Of a DNA stretch of 15,973 nucleotides, positions 6,876 to 15,973 are shown in pieces. Below the pieces are notes generated by a model. It saw only the letters and a program-made list of their open reading frames with translations, searched no databases and had not been told where the DNA came from. The DNA comes from Arcobacter sp. (GTDB lineage Bacteria > Campylobacterota > Campylobacteria > Campylobacterales > Arcobacteraceae). The stretch covers positions 1 through 15,973 of the forward strand of contig CBFIGT010000050.1 of the NCBI GenBank assembly GCA_965662175.1, read 5' to 3'. How positions within the stretch are numbered: position 1 is the first letter of the stretch; each line of letters begins with the position of its first letter. Position numbers and translations under genes: made by a program.

Positions 6876-7601
6876 GTGCAAAATCAAAACAAGTCCTTTA
6901 TAAAAGGCTTATCTGTTTTAAAAACTATTATGAAAGCAAATAAGCCTTTAACAGCAAACTACTTATGTCAAATGCTAGTTATAGATAAAAGTACTATGTC
7001 AAGACTAATAAATACACTTATTAGGGAGGGTTTTATTGAGTATGTGGATAATTCAAAAGAGATAATATTAAGTGATATTATGAGAAAAGTTTCTCAAAAA
7101 GAGAATAGAGAAAAGATTGTTGAAAGAACTGCTGCTATACTTGATGAGATATTTTACTTAACAGATGAGTGTGCTTATATGGGTATTTTGGATAATAACG
7201 AGGTTTTATATTTAAATCAAGTTGATAAATCAACTAGAATTTTGAAAGTTAGAGATTCAGTAGGAACACACGCACCACTTCATGTAAATGCTTTTGGAAA
7301 GATTTTATTAGCTTTTCAAAATGTAGATTTAAAAAAATTAGATTTAAAAAAATACACAGTTAATACAATTACTACAGTTACCAAACTTCAAAAAGAGATT
7401 GATTTAGTAAAACACAGGGGTTATGCAATAGGATTTGAAGAGTATGAATTTGGACTTTTTTCAATAGCTGTACCATATTTCAATAATAAAAAAGAGTTTG
7501 TGGGAACAGTTGGAATTTCAGGACTTTCAGCGAGGGTAAATCAAGAAAAATGTCATGAAATAGGACAAAAAATATTTAAACTTGTAAATCCAGTTATTTA
7601 A
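6876..7601 (+). CDS. IclR-family transcriptional regulator
   Basis: N-terminal HTH (SFIKGLSVL...IDKSTMSRLINTLIREGFI) and C-terminal effector domain (VGTHAPLHVNAFGKILLA, TITT, RGYA, E.E.GL.SIAVP, ISG). Likely start GTG 6876 rather than ATG 6840. Confidence 0.92.
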   Translation: MQNQNKSFIKGLSVLKTIMKANKPLTANYLCQMLVIDKSTMSRLINTLIREGFIEYVDNSKEIILSDIMRKVSQKENREKIVERTAAILDEIFYLTDECAYMGILDNNEVLYLNQVDKSTRILKVRDSVGTHAPLHVNAFGKILLAFQNVDLKKLDLKKYTVNTITTVTKLQKEIDLVKHRGYAIGFEEYEFGLFSIAVPYFNNKKEFVGTVGISGLSARVNQEKCHEIGQKIFKLVNPVI

Positions 7602-7978
7602 TCTTTTTTTATTTTTATTAATATTTTATTATTTCTATCCCTATGAATAATCTCTTTATTTGGATTTTCAAATATCTCTTTCAAAAAACCAGCTTTATAG
7701 GATTTGTGTAAATATTTTCTATTAAAACTCTCTAAACTTTCACACTCAAATGTTGATTGACATATTTTATCTTCATAAATTTTCAAATCTAATAGAGTTT
7801 TTCCAGCACTATAAATTTGTACTTGAGTAAAATTATTAAATTTTGAAATAAATCCCTTATCATAAAACTTCATTGTTGGAGTTTTTATTAAAATTGTTGC
7901 ACTTGAAGATTTAATTGCTACTTTGTTACTACAAGCAATAAATAGAAATGGAAGAATCAAACTAAGCAAAAACTTCAT
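7598..7978 (-). CDS. Hypothetical lipoprotein
   Basis: Signal peptide MKFLLSLILPFLFIA-C with lipobox-like FIAC; 126 aa; stop overlaps the IclR stop (TTAA). Confidence 0.75.
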   Translation of the reverse strand: MKFLLSLILPFLFIACSNKVAIKSSSATILIKTPTMKFYDKGFISKFNNFTQVQIYSAGKTLLDLKIYEDKICQSTFECESLESFNRKYLHKSYKAGFLKEIFENPNKEIIHRDRNNKILIKIKKD

Positions 7979-8011
7979 AATTTATACCACTCCCCTTTAA
8001 TTTTGAGTTTT

Positions 8012-8024
8012 ATTTTACTATAAT
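8012..8024. promoter_or_regulatory. Back-to-back -10 boxes for queH (+) and the lipoprotein gene (-)
   Basis: TATAAT at 8019-8024 (+) and TAAAAT at 8017-8012 (-) in a 67-bp divergent gap. Confidence 0.4.
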
Positions 8025-8045
8025 ACGATTAAATAAAGGATTTAA

Positions 8046-9119
8046 ATGCTTGTTCATATATGTTGTTCTGTAGATAGTCACTATTTTTTAGAAAGACTTC
8101 AAGAAGATTTTCCAGAAGAAAAATTAGTTGGATTTTTTTATGACCCTAATATTCATCCTTATAATGAGTATCTATTAAGACTTAAAGATGTAGAGTATTC
8201 TTGTAAAAAATTAGGTATAGAGTTAATTGAGGGTCCTTATAACTTAGAAGAGTGGTTAAAAAAAGTAAAAGGTTTAGAAAATGAACCTGAAAAAGGTGAT
8301 AGATGTACAGTTTGCTATGATGATAGATTAGAAACAACTGTAAAAAAAGCCATTGAATTAGGTCATGATAAATTTACAACAACCCTTTTAATCTCTCCAA
8401 AAAAATCCCAAGAAAAACTAGAGTTTGTGGGAAGTGCTTTAGAAGAAAAGTTCCATGTGAAATGGATTTTCAAAGATTATAGAAGTGGAAAAGGTGTTGA
8501 AGAGCAAGCTAAAGTAGTAAAAGAAAACTCATTTTATAGACAAAACTATTGTGGTTGTTTATTTGGATTAGCACCTCAAAGAGAGCATCAAGATAAACTA
8601 ATGGATGAGATGTTTTTACCAATATCTAACCAAACCATGCCCCAATCAATTGAGAGTCGCCTTGAACTTTATAGCCAAAGAGATAATCTTGATGAAACAG
8701 AAATACCATACAAAATAGTAAAACAAAGATTTTTGAATTATAGATTATTAAATGCAAAAGTAAAAGTTGATAAAGAGATTATTCCCTCATATTTTTTATG
8801 TTATTCAACTATTAAAAACGGCAAAACAAAAGGTACAATTGCCTTTGAAAAAGCAGAAATACACTATTTAAACAAAGATGAAGTTAAAATCATAACAATA
8901 GATACATTTAATGATATTGCCCAATCTCATTTTAGAGATGTAAAAGACCTGATTTATCATCCCCTTACTTTTGATGCTGAACTAAAAATAAGAGAGAAAA
9001 TCACTCAAAATCCTTATGGATTATCAGCAATTATTATATTAGATAAAGTTGAAGATAAAAAATATGAGATAAATATGGATGCTAGAATTTATGAAGATAT
9101 TAAAGAGGTAATCGTTTAA
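8046..9119 (+). CDS. queH: Epoxyqueuosine reductase QueH (DUF208), long form
   Basis: HICC, PNIHP..EY..R, EPEKGDRCTVC...RL, FTTTL.ISP.K and YRQNYCGC motifs. Confidence 0.9.
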   Translation: MLVHICCSVDSHYFLERLQEDFPEEKLVGFFYDPNIHPYNEYLLRLKDVEYSCKKLGIELIEGPYNLEEWLKKVKGLENEPEKGDRCTVCYDDRLETTVKKAIELGHDKFTTTLLISPKKSQEKLEFVGSALEEKFHVKWIFKDYRSGKGVEEQAKVVKENSFYRQNYCGCLFGLAPQREHQDKLMDEMFLPISNQTMPQSIESRLELYSQRDNLDETEIPYKIVKQRFLNYRLLNAKVKVDKEIIPSYFLCYSTIKNGKTKGTIAFEKAEIHYLNKDEVKIITIDTFNDIAQSHFRDVKDLIYHPLTFDAELKIREKITQNPYGLSAIIILDKVEDKKYEINMDARIYEDIKEVIV

Positions 9120-10162
9120 TGAAACTACTTGTTTGTGCGATGGAAACCTCCTCAAATATTCATTTAGCCGAACTTAAAAAATACCTAAACAAAGATGTTG
9201 AACTTTTTGGTATTTTTGATAAAAAACTTGGAAATCCAAATTATGATATAGAACAGCTTGCAATTATGGGATTTATTGATGCGATAAAAAGGCTTCCATT
9301 TTTTTTCAAACTAAAAGATGAAATGGTTGAGCTTTCAAAAGATGCAGATAAAGTTTTACTTATGGATTCAAGTGGTTTTAATCTTCCCCTAGCAAAATCT
9401 ATTAAAAAAAAATATCCAAATAAAGAGATTATTTATTATATTTTACCTCAAGCTTGGGCTTGGAAAAAAGGAAGAATTCCTAAAATAGAAAAATATTGTG
9501 ACAAACTTTGCTCTATTTTGCCCTTTGAAAAAGATTATTATAGACAAAAAAATAAAATCACCTATGTGGGTCATCCTCTACTAGATGAAATAAAAACATT
9601 CAAAACAAATATAAGTAAAAATAATATCATAGCCTTTATGCCAGGGAGTAGAAAAACAGAGATTCAAAATCTTATGCCTATTTTTAAAGAACTAATCAAA
9701 AAAATTCCAAATAAGGAGTATATTTTAATTATTCCTAAAAAATTTGATAAAGAGTATATTAAAAAAATTTATGGAGATATTAGTGATTTTAAAATCTCAA
9801 ATAATACCCATGAAACATTAACAAAAGCAGATTATGCTTTTATTTGTAGTGGCACAGCAACCCTAGAAGCAGCACTTATAGGAACACCTTTTACACTTAG
9901 TTATATAGCTAAAAAACTTGACTATTTTATAGGTTCAAGACTTGTAAAACTACCAGCTGTTGGTCTTGCTAATATATTTTTTCATAAAATGGGAAAAGCT
10001 TTAATTCATAGTGAATTTTTACAAGAGAATGTAAGTGTTGAAAACCTTCTAAATGACTATAAAAACAAAGATGAAAAAAAATTTTTAGAGAATGCAAAAA
10101 TACTTAGAGAGTATTTAAAAAATGGAAGTTCTAAGAATACAGCTCACATAATTCAAAACTAA
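9119..10162 (+). CDS. lpxB: Lipid-A-disaccharide synthase
   Basis: E.SSN, MGF, DS..FNL.LAK, YILPQAWAW, ILPFE, YVGHPL, PGSRKTEI, SGTATLE and GLANI motifs; upstream of fabZ-lpxA. Confidence 0.95.
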   Translation: MKLLVCAMETSSNIHLAELKKYLNKDVELFGIFDKKLGNPNYDIEQLAIMGFIDAIKRLPFFFKLKDEMVELSKDADKVLLMDSSGFNLPLAKSIKKKYPNKEIIYYILPQAWAWKKGRIPKIEKYCDKLCSILPFEKDYYRQKNKITYVGHPLLDEIKTFKTNISKNNIIAFMPGSRKTEIQNLMPIFKELIKKIPNKEYILIIPKKFDKEYIKKIYGDISDFKISNNTHETLTKADYAFICSGTATLEAALIGTPFTLSYIAKKLDYFIGSRLVKLPAVGLANIFFHKMGKALIHSEFLQENVSVENLLNDYKNKDEKKFLENAKILREYLKNGSSKNTAHIIQN

Positions 10163-10171
10163 TATTTTTTT

Positions 10172-10180
10172 TGATAGAAT
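10172..10180 (+). promoter_or_regulatory. Internal extended -10 promoter for fabZ-lpxA-clpX-mreBC
   Basis: TGATAGAAT preceded by a T-tract, 33 nt upstream of the fabZ ATG. Confidence 0.5.
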
Positions 10181-10213
10181 ATATGCCTTAAATAAAACTA
10201 TATAGGAAAATAT

Positions 10214-10657
10214 ATGTTAGACGTTACAGAAATTCAAGAGATACTTCCTCACAGATACCCATTTTTATTAGTTGATAGAATCACTGATATGGAAAAGGGT
10301 AAAACAATTATTGGATATAAAAATATTTCAATAAGTGAGCCTGCATTTATGGGACACTTTCCAGGTCACCCAATTTATCCAGGTGTTTTAATCTTAGAGG
10401 GTATGGCACAAGCAGGTGGAATTTTAGCACTTAAAAGCAATGACTTAACAAATGAAGAGCTTAAAAATAAAGTTATTTACTTTATGAGTATTGATGGAGC
10501 AAAATTTAGAACACCTGTAAAACCAGGGGATAAATTAGAGTATAGAATTGAAGTTAAAAAACTAAGAGGAACATTAATCGTTCTTGCTGGTAAAGCTTAT
10601 GTTGATGACAAACTAGTTTGTGAAGCTGAACTTAAAGCAATGGTAGTGGATAAATAG
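10214..10657 (+). CDS. fabZ: 3-hydroxyacyl-ACP dehydratase
   Basis: [13 protein letters not shown] and [22 protein letters not shown] motifs. Confidence 0.97.
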   Translation: MLDVTEIQEILPHRYPFLLVDRITDMEKGKTIIGYKNISISEPAFMGHFPGHPIYPGVLILEGMAQAGGILALKSNDLTNEELKNKVIYFMSIDGAKFRTPVKPGDKLEYRIEVKKLRGTLIVLAGKAYVDDKLVCEAELKAMVVDK

Positions 10658-10665
10658 GTTCTTTT

Positions 10666-11454
10666 ATGAGTAATATTCATAAAACAGCTATCATCGAAGA
10701 TGGAGCAATAATCGGAGATGATGTTACAATTGGTGCATACACTATTATTGGTGCTAATGTAAAAATTGGAAATGGAAATATAATAGGTTCTCACACTCTA
10801 ATTGAGGGTAAAACTACAATTGGTGATTTTAATAAAATCTATTCCCATGCAGCCCTTGGAACTGACCCTCAAGACTTAAAATTTGATGGTGAAGATGTTG
10901 AGTTAGTAATTGGAAATAGAAATAAAATTAGAGAATATACACTTTTTAATCCAGGAACTAAAGGTGGTGGAAGCATCACTAAAATTGGTGATAATAACCT
11001 ATTTATGGGTTATACTCATGTGGCACATGATGTTATTATTGGAAATAATTGTGTTTTTGCAAATGTGGCAACACTTGCAGGTCATGTTGAGATTGATGAT
11101 AATGTTGTAGTTGGTGGATTAACTCCAATACACCAATTTTGTAAACTTGGAAGCCACTCAATGATTGGTGGAGGTTCTGTTGTAACGCAAGATATTCCAC
11201 CTTTTTGTTTAGCTGAGGGAAATAGAGCAAATGTTCGAGGACTAAACTTAAATGGTCTAAGAAGAAGATTTGAAAGAAATGATATAAATGCTATAAAAAA
11301 AGCATATAAAGATATATTTGAGTCAGGACAACCTATTCAAGAAATAGCTAATGAACTTGTTAAAACAGAAGATAATATCTATGTTTTAGAGTTGGCTAAT
11401 TTTGTAATAAATACAAAAAGAGGTATTCCTTTTATAAGAAAGCAGGAGAAATAA
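10666..11454 (+). CDS. lpxA: UDP-N-acetylglucosamine O-acyltransferase
   Basis: Hexapeptide repeats, PQDLKF, HVAHD, LAGHV, HQF and [10 protein letters not shown] motifs. Confidence 0.97.
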   Translation: MSNIHKTAIIEDGAIIGDDVTIGAYTIIGANVKIGNGNIIGSHTLIEGKTTIGDFNKIYSHAALGTDPQDLKFDGEDVELVIGNRNKIREYTLFNPGTKGGGSITKIGDNNLFMGYTHVAHDVIIGNNCVFANVATLAGHVEIDDNVVVGGLTPIHQFCKLGSHSMIGGGSVVTQDIPPFCLAEGNRANVRGLNLNGLRRRFERNDINAIKKAYKDIFESGQPIQEIANELVKTEDNIYVLELANFVINTKRGIPFIRKQEK

Positions 11455-11459
11455 ATAGT

Positions 11460-12686
11460 ATGGCAAAACTTAAGTGTGATTTTTGTGGTTCTGAAGATAG
11501 CAAACAAAATCCAGTAATATCAGGTGACAATGCAACAATATGCAAGGCTTGTGTAAATGCAGCATATGACATTATGAGTGGCAAAGAGCCTGATTTGGAC
11601 CAAGAGTCTTTAACACAAAATGAAAAAACTCAAGAATCTACAGTAAAACTTTTAGCTCCTAGCGAACTAAAAGCTTTATTAGATGATTATGTAATTGGAC
11701 AACATAGAGCTAAAAAAGTTTTATCAGTAGCTGTTTATAATCACTATAAAAGAATTTTTAGAAAAGATGAGATAGATGAAGATACAGAGATTAATAAATC
11801 AAATGTACTTTTAATAGGGCCAACAGGTTCAGGAAAAACTCTTCTAGCTCAAACAATTGCAAGATATTTAGATGTTCCTTTAGCAATTGCTGATGCAACT
11901 TCATTAACAGAAGCTGGTTATGTTGGGGATGATGTTGAAAATGTTATTACAAGACTATTACAAGCAGCTGATGGTGATGTAAAAAAAGCTGAAACAGGGA
12001 TTATCTTTATTGATGAGATTGACAAAATTGCTAGAATGAGTGAAAATAGATCAATAACTAGAGATGTTTCAGGGGAAGGTGTTCAACAAGCTATGCTTAA
12101 AATCATAGAGGGTTCTGTTGTAAATGTTCCACCAAAAGGTGGAAGAAAACATCCAGGTCAAGATGCAATTCAAGTTGATACTACAAATATTTTATTTGTT
12201 TGTGGTGGTGCTTTTGATGGTTTAGAAGATATTATAAAAAGAAAAAAGGGTGGAAACACTTTAGGATTTAACCAAGAAAAACATGGTAAAAAAGATGAAC
12301 ATAATTTAATTACAATGGTTGAAGCTGATGATTTGGTTAAATATGGTTTAATTCCAGAGTTAATTGGTAGACTTCATATGATAGCTACTTTAAACGAAAT
12401 CACTGAGGATGATATGGTTCATATATTAACAGAGCCAAAAAATGCTCTAATAAAACAATATATCAAACTTTTTGATATGGATAAGGTAAAATTGGAGTTC
12501 GATAAAGAAGCACTTTTAGAGATTGCAAAAAAGGCAATTGAGAGAAAAACAGGTGCAAGGGGTTTAAGATCTATACTAGAAGATATAATGTTAGATATAA
12601 TGTATGATTTACCAAATTACAAAGATAAAACTATTATTATCACAAAAGAAGTGGTTTTAGATAAAAAAGAACCAAAAATAGCATAA
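11460..12686 (+). CDS. clpX: ATP-dependent Clp protease ATP-binding subunit ClpX
   Basis: N-terminal C4 zinc finger (CDFC...CKAC), Walker [13 protein letters not shown] pore loop, IDEID and [10 protein letters not shown]. Confidence 0.97.
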   Translation: MAKLKCDFCGSEDSKQNPVISGDNATICKACVNAAYDIMSGKEPDLDQESLTQNEKTQESTVKLLAPSELKALLDDYVIGQHRAKKVLSVAVYNHYKRIFRKDEIDEDTEINKSNVLLIGPTGSGKTLLAQTIARYLDVPLAIADATSLTEAGYVGDDVENVITRLLQAADGDVKKAETGIIFIDEIDKIARMSENRSITRDVSGEGVQQAMLKIIEGSVVNVPPKGGRKHPGQDAIQVDTTNILFVCGGAFDGLEDIIKRKKGGNTLGFNQEKHGKKDEHNLITMVEADDLVKYGLIPELIGRLHMIATLNEITEDDMVHILTEPKNALIKQYIKLFDMDKVKLEFDKEALLEIAKKAIERKTGARGLRSILEDIMLDIMYDLPNYKDKTIIITKEVVLDKKEPKIA

Positions 12687-12706
12687 ATTAAAAGGAGTTG
12701 TAAATA

Positions 12707-13738
12707 ATGTTTCTAGACAAATTGATTGGATTTTTTTCAAGCGATATGGCCATTGACTTAGGGACTGCTAATACTATCGTTTCTGTAAAAGGAAAAGGTA
12801 TTATTATCAACGAACCCTCAGTTGTAGCTGTTCAACATGATAAATATGGGAAAGATAAAATATTAGCTGTAGGTGTTGAAGCTAAACAAATGATTGGTAA
12901 AACACCTTTAAACATTCAAGCGGTACGTCCTATGAGAGATGGTGTTATTGCTGACTTTGAGATGACTGAAAGAATGATAAGATATTTTATTGAAAGAGCA
13001 CACTCTAGAAAATCTTTTATCAGACCTAGAATCATTATTTGTATTCCTTATGGAATTACACAAGTTGAAAGAAAAGCTGTAAAAGAATCAGCTTTAAGTG
13101 CAGGTGCTAGAGAAGTATTTTTAGTAGAAGAGCCAATGGCAGCTGCAATTGGTGCTGGAATTCCTGTATCTGACCCATCTGGATATGTGGTTGTTGATAT
13201 TGGTGGTGGAACTACTGAGATTGGTGTTACATCACTTGGTGGACTTGTTTTATCAAAATCAATTAAAATTGCAGGTGATAGATGTGATAAAGCAATTATT
13301 GATTATGTAAGACAAAATTACAACTTATATATAGGGGAAAGAACTGCTGAAACTATTAAAATAGAGATAGGTACAGCTGTAAAACTTGACCAAGAGCTTA
13401 AAATTAGAGTAAAAGGTAGAGATAACTCAGGACTTCTTTCGACTATTGAATTAGGGTCTGAGGGTGTTAGAACAGCTATTAAAGAACCTCTTAGAGAAAT
13501 AGTAGCAGCTGTAAGATCAGTACTTGAAGATATGCCACCTGATTTAGCTGGTGATGTTGTTGATAATGGTGTTACATTAACAGGTGGTGGTGCATTAATT
13601 AGAGGATTAGATACATATTTAGCTGATATTATTAAATTACCTGTAAAAGTTGCTGAAGACCCATTATTAGCTGTTGCTTATGGTACAAGCAAAGTATTAG
13701 ACGAGGAAGCATTACTTAGATTAATCTCAAATGAATAG
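12707..13738 (+). CDS. mreB: Rod shape-determining protein MreB
   Basis: IDLGTANT, EPSVVA, EEPMAAAIGAG, DIGGGTTE and LTGGGAL motifs. Confidence 0.97.
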   Translation: MFLDKLIGFFSSDMAIDLGTANTIVSVKGKGIIINEPSVVAVQHDKYGKDKILAVGVEAKQMIGKTPLNIQAVRPMRDGVIADFEMTERMIRYFIERAHSRKSFIRPRIIICIPYGITQVERKAVKESALSAGAREVFLVEEPMAAAIGAGIPVSDPSGYVVVDIGGGTTEIGVTSLGGLVLSKSIKIAGDRCDKAIIDYVRQNYNLYIGERTAETIKIEIGTAVKLDQELKIRVKGRDNSGLLSTIELGSEGVRTAIKEPLREIVAAVRSVLEDMPPDLAGDVVDNGVTLTGGGALIRGLDTYLADIIKLPVKVAEDPLLAVAYGTSKVLDEEALLRLISNE

Positions 13739-14549
13739 AATACTTTTCCTTTTCCTTTTAATTATCTCTATTGGTCTATATATTTTTAATATAGACCAAT
13801 CTATTACTGACAAATTTAGATTTGTAAATGATATAAAAAAATACTACTCTGAAAGACTAATTGTTGTAGAAGAGGCTTTAAATAAATATTTTTCTCAAGT
13901 TAATACAATAAATAAGTTATCAGAAGAGAATAAAGAGTTAAATAAATATCAAATACTATATACAAAAACAGAAAAACAACTAGAAGAAATCTTAGATAAA
14001 AACGAAAAACTACAAATAAATGATGCAAACCTGAAACTTACAAAAGTATTATCTTATGTGAAATTTGATGATTATACAAAGGTTTGGCTGGATTTAGAAA
14101 AAGCAGATAAAAAAATAGAGGGACTTATCTCAAATAATTATGCTGCTGGAATTGTTGTAAATCAATCTAATCAATCACTAGCCTTACTTAATGGAAATGA
14201 AAAAAGTAATTATGCTGTTTTTATAGGAGAAAACAGAGCTCCTGGAATTGTCCATGGAATTGAAAACTCAAAAAATATTATTATAAAATATATTCCTATT
14301 TGGATAGATATTAAAAAAGATGATGAAGTTATTACATCAGGTATGGATGATATCTTTTTTGAGGGTTTAAAAGTTGGTCGTGTTATCTCAATCAAAAAAA
14401 TGGCTGATATGCAAGAAGCAACAGTAGAACCATATGCAAAAGCTCAACAAGAGACATTTTTTTATATCTACTCTAAAAAAATAGTTGAGAAAAAACAGAA
14501 AGTTTTAGAAGAGGGAAAAACAGAATCAACTCCTAATAAGAAGCCATAA
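13731..14549 (+). CDS. mreC: Rod shape-determining protein MreC
   Basis: N-terminal TM segment, coiled coil and DEVITSGMDDIF.EG.KVG.V motif; overlaps the mreB stop. Confidence 0.92.
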   Translation: MNRILFLFLLIISIGLYIFNIDQSITDKFRFVNDIKKYYSERLIVVEEALNKYFSQVNTINKLSEENKELNKYQILYTKTEKQLEEILDKNEKLQINDANLKLTKVLSYVKFDDYTKVWLDLEKADKKIEGLISNNYAAGIVVNQSNQSLALLNGNEKSNYAVFIGENRAPGIVHGIENSKNIIIKYIPIWIDIKKDDEVITSGMDDIFFEGLKVGRVISIKKMADMQEATVEPYAKAQQETFFYIYSKKIVEKKQKVLEEGKTESTPNKKP

Positions 14550-15147
14550 TCCCATCAACTTTATCCCAAGTTAAACCCTCTTCTTTTTGCCCTTTAAACA
14601 TATTATAAATATATCTAGCAAACATATCTGTTTCTAAATTTACCTTTGTACCTATTTTATATGTTTTAAATAGTGTATTTTCCACAGTATGAGGAATAAT
14701 AGTAAGTCTAAAAGAGTCATTCATCACTTCATTTACAGTTAATGAAACTCCATCAATAGTCACACTTCCTTTTGGAATAATATATTTTGCATATTCATTT
14801 GGTAAACATATTATAAAATCCCATGAGTTACCACTTTGTTTTATTGATTTTATTGTTCCTAAACAATCCACATGACCTTGAACAATATGTCCCTCAAACC
14901 TATCTCCCATCATCATGGCAGGTTCCATATGAACTTTACCTTTGTAGTTTTCCATTGCTAATATTTTTTGGGACTCAGGTGAAAGTTCTACAGAAAAAGT
15001 ACCACTTGAAACTCTAACAACTGTTAGACATGCACCATTTATTGCAATTGAATCACCTACTTTTGGAACATATTTTGCTTTTAGTGTAAGCTGGTTTGAC
15101 TTTAAACTTAAAACCCAAGCCATCTCTCTTATTAATCCTGTAAACAC
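14533..15147 (-). CDS. ribE: Riboflavin synthase (alpha chain; ribC in E. coli nomenclature)
   Basis: MFTG, GDSIAINGACLTV, GHIVQGHVD, KGSVTIDGVSLTV and VNLETD motifs; GTG start with SD AAAGGA. Confidence 0.95.
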   Translation of the reverse strand: MFTGLIREMAWVLSLKSNQLTLKAKYVPKVGDSIAINGACLTVVRVSSGTFSVELSPESQKILAMENYKGKVHMEPAMMMGDRFEGHIVQGHVDCLGTIKSIKQSGNSWDFIICLPNEYAKYIIPKGSVTIDGVSLTVNEVMNDSFRLTIIPHTVENTLFKTYKIGTKVNLETDMFARYIYNMFKGQKEEGLTWDKVDGIMASY

Positions 15148-15182
15148 TACTTTCCTTTAAAACTTTTGTAAAAGTCGAAATA

Positions 15183-15199
15183 TTTGGTATAATACCAAA
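15183..15199. promoter_or_regulatory. Palindromic bidirectional extended -10 for mnmG (+) and riboflavin synthase (-)
   Basis: TTTGGTAT-A-ATACCAAA reads TGGTATAAT (15185-15193) on + and TGGTATTAT (15197-15189) on -. Confidence 0.55.
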
Positions 15200-15225
15200 A
15201 ATTTAATGAGAAGCTAATTTTAATT

Positions 15226-15269
15226 AAATTTCTTAGATAAGCGGAAGAAAACGTTTATCTAAGAAATTT
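15226..15269 (+). repeat. 18-bp-stem hairpin in the presumed mnmG 5' leader
   Basis: AAATTTCTTAGATAAGCG-gaagaaaa-CGTTTATCTAAGAAATTT, with one G-U pair on the plus strand. Confidence 0.7.
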
Positions 15270-15297
15270 CCTAAAAAAGGTTGAAATAGGAAATATT

Positions 15298-15973
15298 ATG
15301 GAATATGATGTAATTGTAGTTGGTGGAGGACATGCTGGTATTGAAGCTAGTTTAGCAAGTGCTAGAATGGGCAAAAAAACTCTACTTATAACTATGCTAG
15401 TTGAGCAAATAGGAGCGGCAAGCTGTAATCCTGCTATTGGAGGTCTTGCAAAAGGTCACTTAGTTAGAGAATTAGATGCCCTTGGTGGTGAAATGGGACT
15501 TTGTACTGATGCTTCAGGTATTCAGTTTAGAATACTAAATGCTTCAAAAGGTGCTGCGGTTCAAGGAAGCCGAGCTCAAATTGATATGGACAAATATAGA
15601 GAATATATGAGAGAAGTTTGCCATAATACAGAAAATCTTGAAATCTACCAAGATGAAGTAACTTCACTTTTAACAACAGATTCTGAAAATTTAGAAGTTT
15701 GTGGTGTAAAAACAAAACTAGGTGAAGAGTTTAAATCAAAAAAAGTAATCCTAACAACAGGTACTTTTATGAAAGGTTTAATCCATATAGGAACTTCAAC
15801 TTATGATGCTGGAAGAGCTTGGGAATTACCATCAAGTACCCTTTCAACACAGCTTAAAGAGTTTGGATTAAATGTTGGTAGATTAAAAACAGGAACACCT
15901 GCAAGAATAGATGCAAAATCAATTGACTTTTCAAAAATTGAAGAGCATGGTGGAGATGAAAAACCAACTCCAT
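15298..15973 (+). CDS. mnmG: tRNA uridine-5-carboxymethylaminomethyl(34) synthesis enzyme MnmG (GidA), partial
   Basis: Manual translation from ATG 15298: [25 protein letters not shown]...[23 protein letters not shown]...LTTGTF...[11 protein letters not shown]; runs off the window. Confidence 0.96.
   Translation, partial: MEYDVIVVGGGHAGIEASLASARMGKKTLLITMLVEQIGAASCNPAIGGLAKGHLVRELDALGGEMGLCTDASGIQFRILNASKGAAVQGSRAQIDMDKYREYMREVCHNTENLEIYQDEVTSLLTTDSENLEVCGVKTKLGEEFKSKKVILTTGTFMKGLIHIGTSTYDAGRAWELPSSTLSTQLKEFGLNVGRLKTGTPARIDAKSIDFSKIEEHGGDEKPTP

Noticed and set aside
10597..11230. Short ORFs 10597-10794(-), 10910-11110(+), 11036-11230(-)
   Set aside because: Shadow frames of fabZ/lpxA with no recognisable motifs.
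11460..14549. clpX without clpP and mreBC without mreD
   Set aside because: This is the usual gene order in Campylobacter/Helicobacter relatives.
15148..15297. FMN riboswitch for riboflavin synthase, or a leader peptide for mnmG
   Set aside because: No RFN consensus and the predicted leader is too short; the only upstream ORF (ATG AGA AGC TAA, 15206-15217) is 3 codons with no SD.
14210..15715. Short ORFs 14210-14395(-), 14823-15017(+), 15527-15715(-)
   Set aside because: Antisense shadows of mreC, riboflavin synthase and mnmG.
1..15973. CRISPR array, tRNA/rRNA, IS elements, poly-G phase-variation tracts
   Set aside because: No regularly spaced repeats, RNA-gene signatures, transposase or long G/C runs seen; A/T runs are expected at this base composition.

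Overview
AT-rich bacterial chromosomal window, most consistent with Campylobacterota (Arcobacteraceae-like), inferred from the fabZ-lpxA-clpX-mreB-mreC order, long-form QueH and TGnTAnAAT promoters. The right half (8046-15973) is housekeeping: queH, lpxB, fabZ, lpxA, clpX, mreB, mreC, riboflavin synthase and partial mnmG. The left half carries the most interesting system, a minus-strand operon (6471->725) divergent from an IclR-family regulator. It encodes three divergent CitE/malyl-CoA-lyase-superfamily domains, one fused to an AMP-forming acyl-CoA ligase and lacking canonical acidic residues, plus a clear mesaconyl-C1-CoA hydratase (Mch) homologue. This suggests a ligase-initiated C5-dicarboxylate/glyoxylate CoA-ester pathway that matches no pathway layout I recognise. 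Downstream are a structured intergenic region (terminator-like hairpin, RBS-led 22-23 aa ORF, 88-bp imperfect palindrome) and a partial DUF5718-like gene. No rRNA, tRNA, CRISPR array or transposase was seen. All family assignments come from motif recognition, not database searches.
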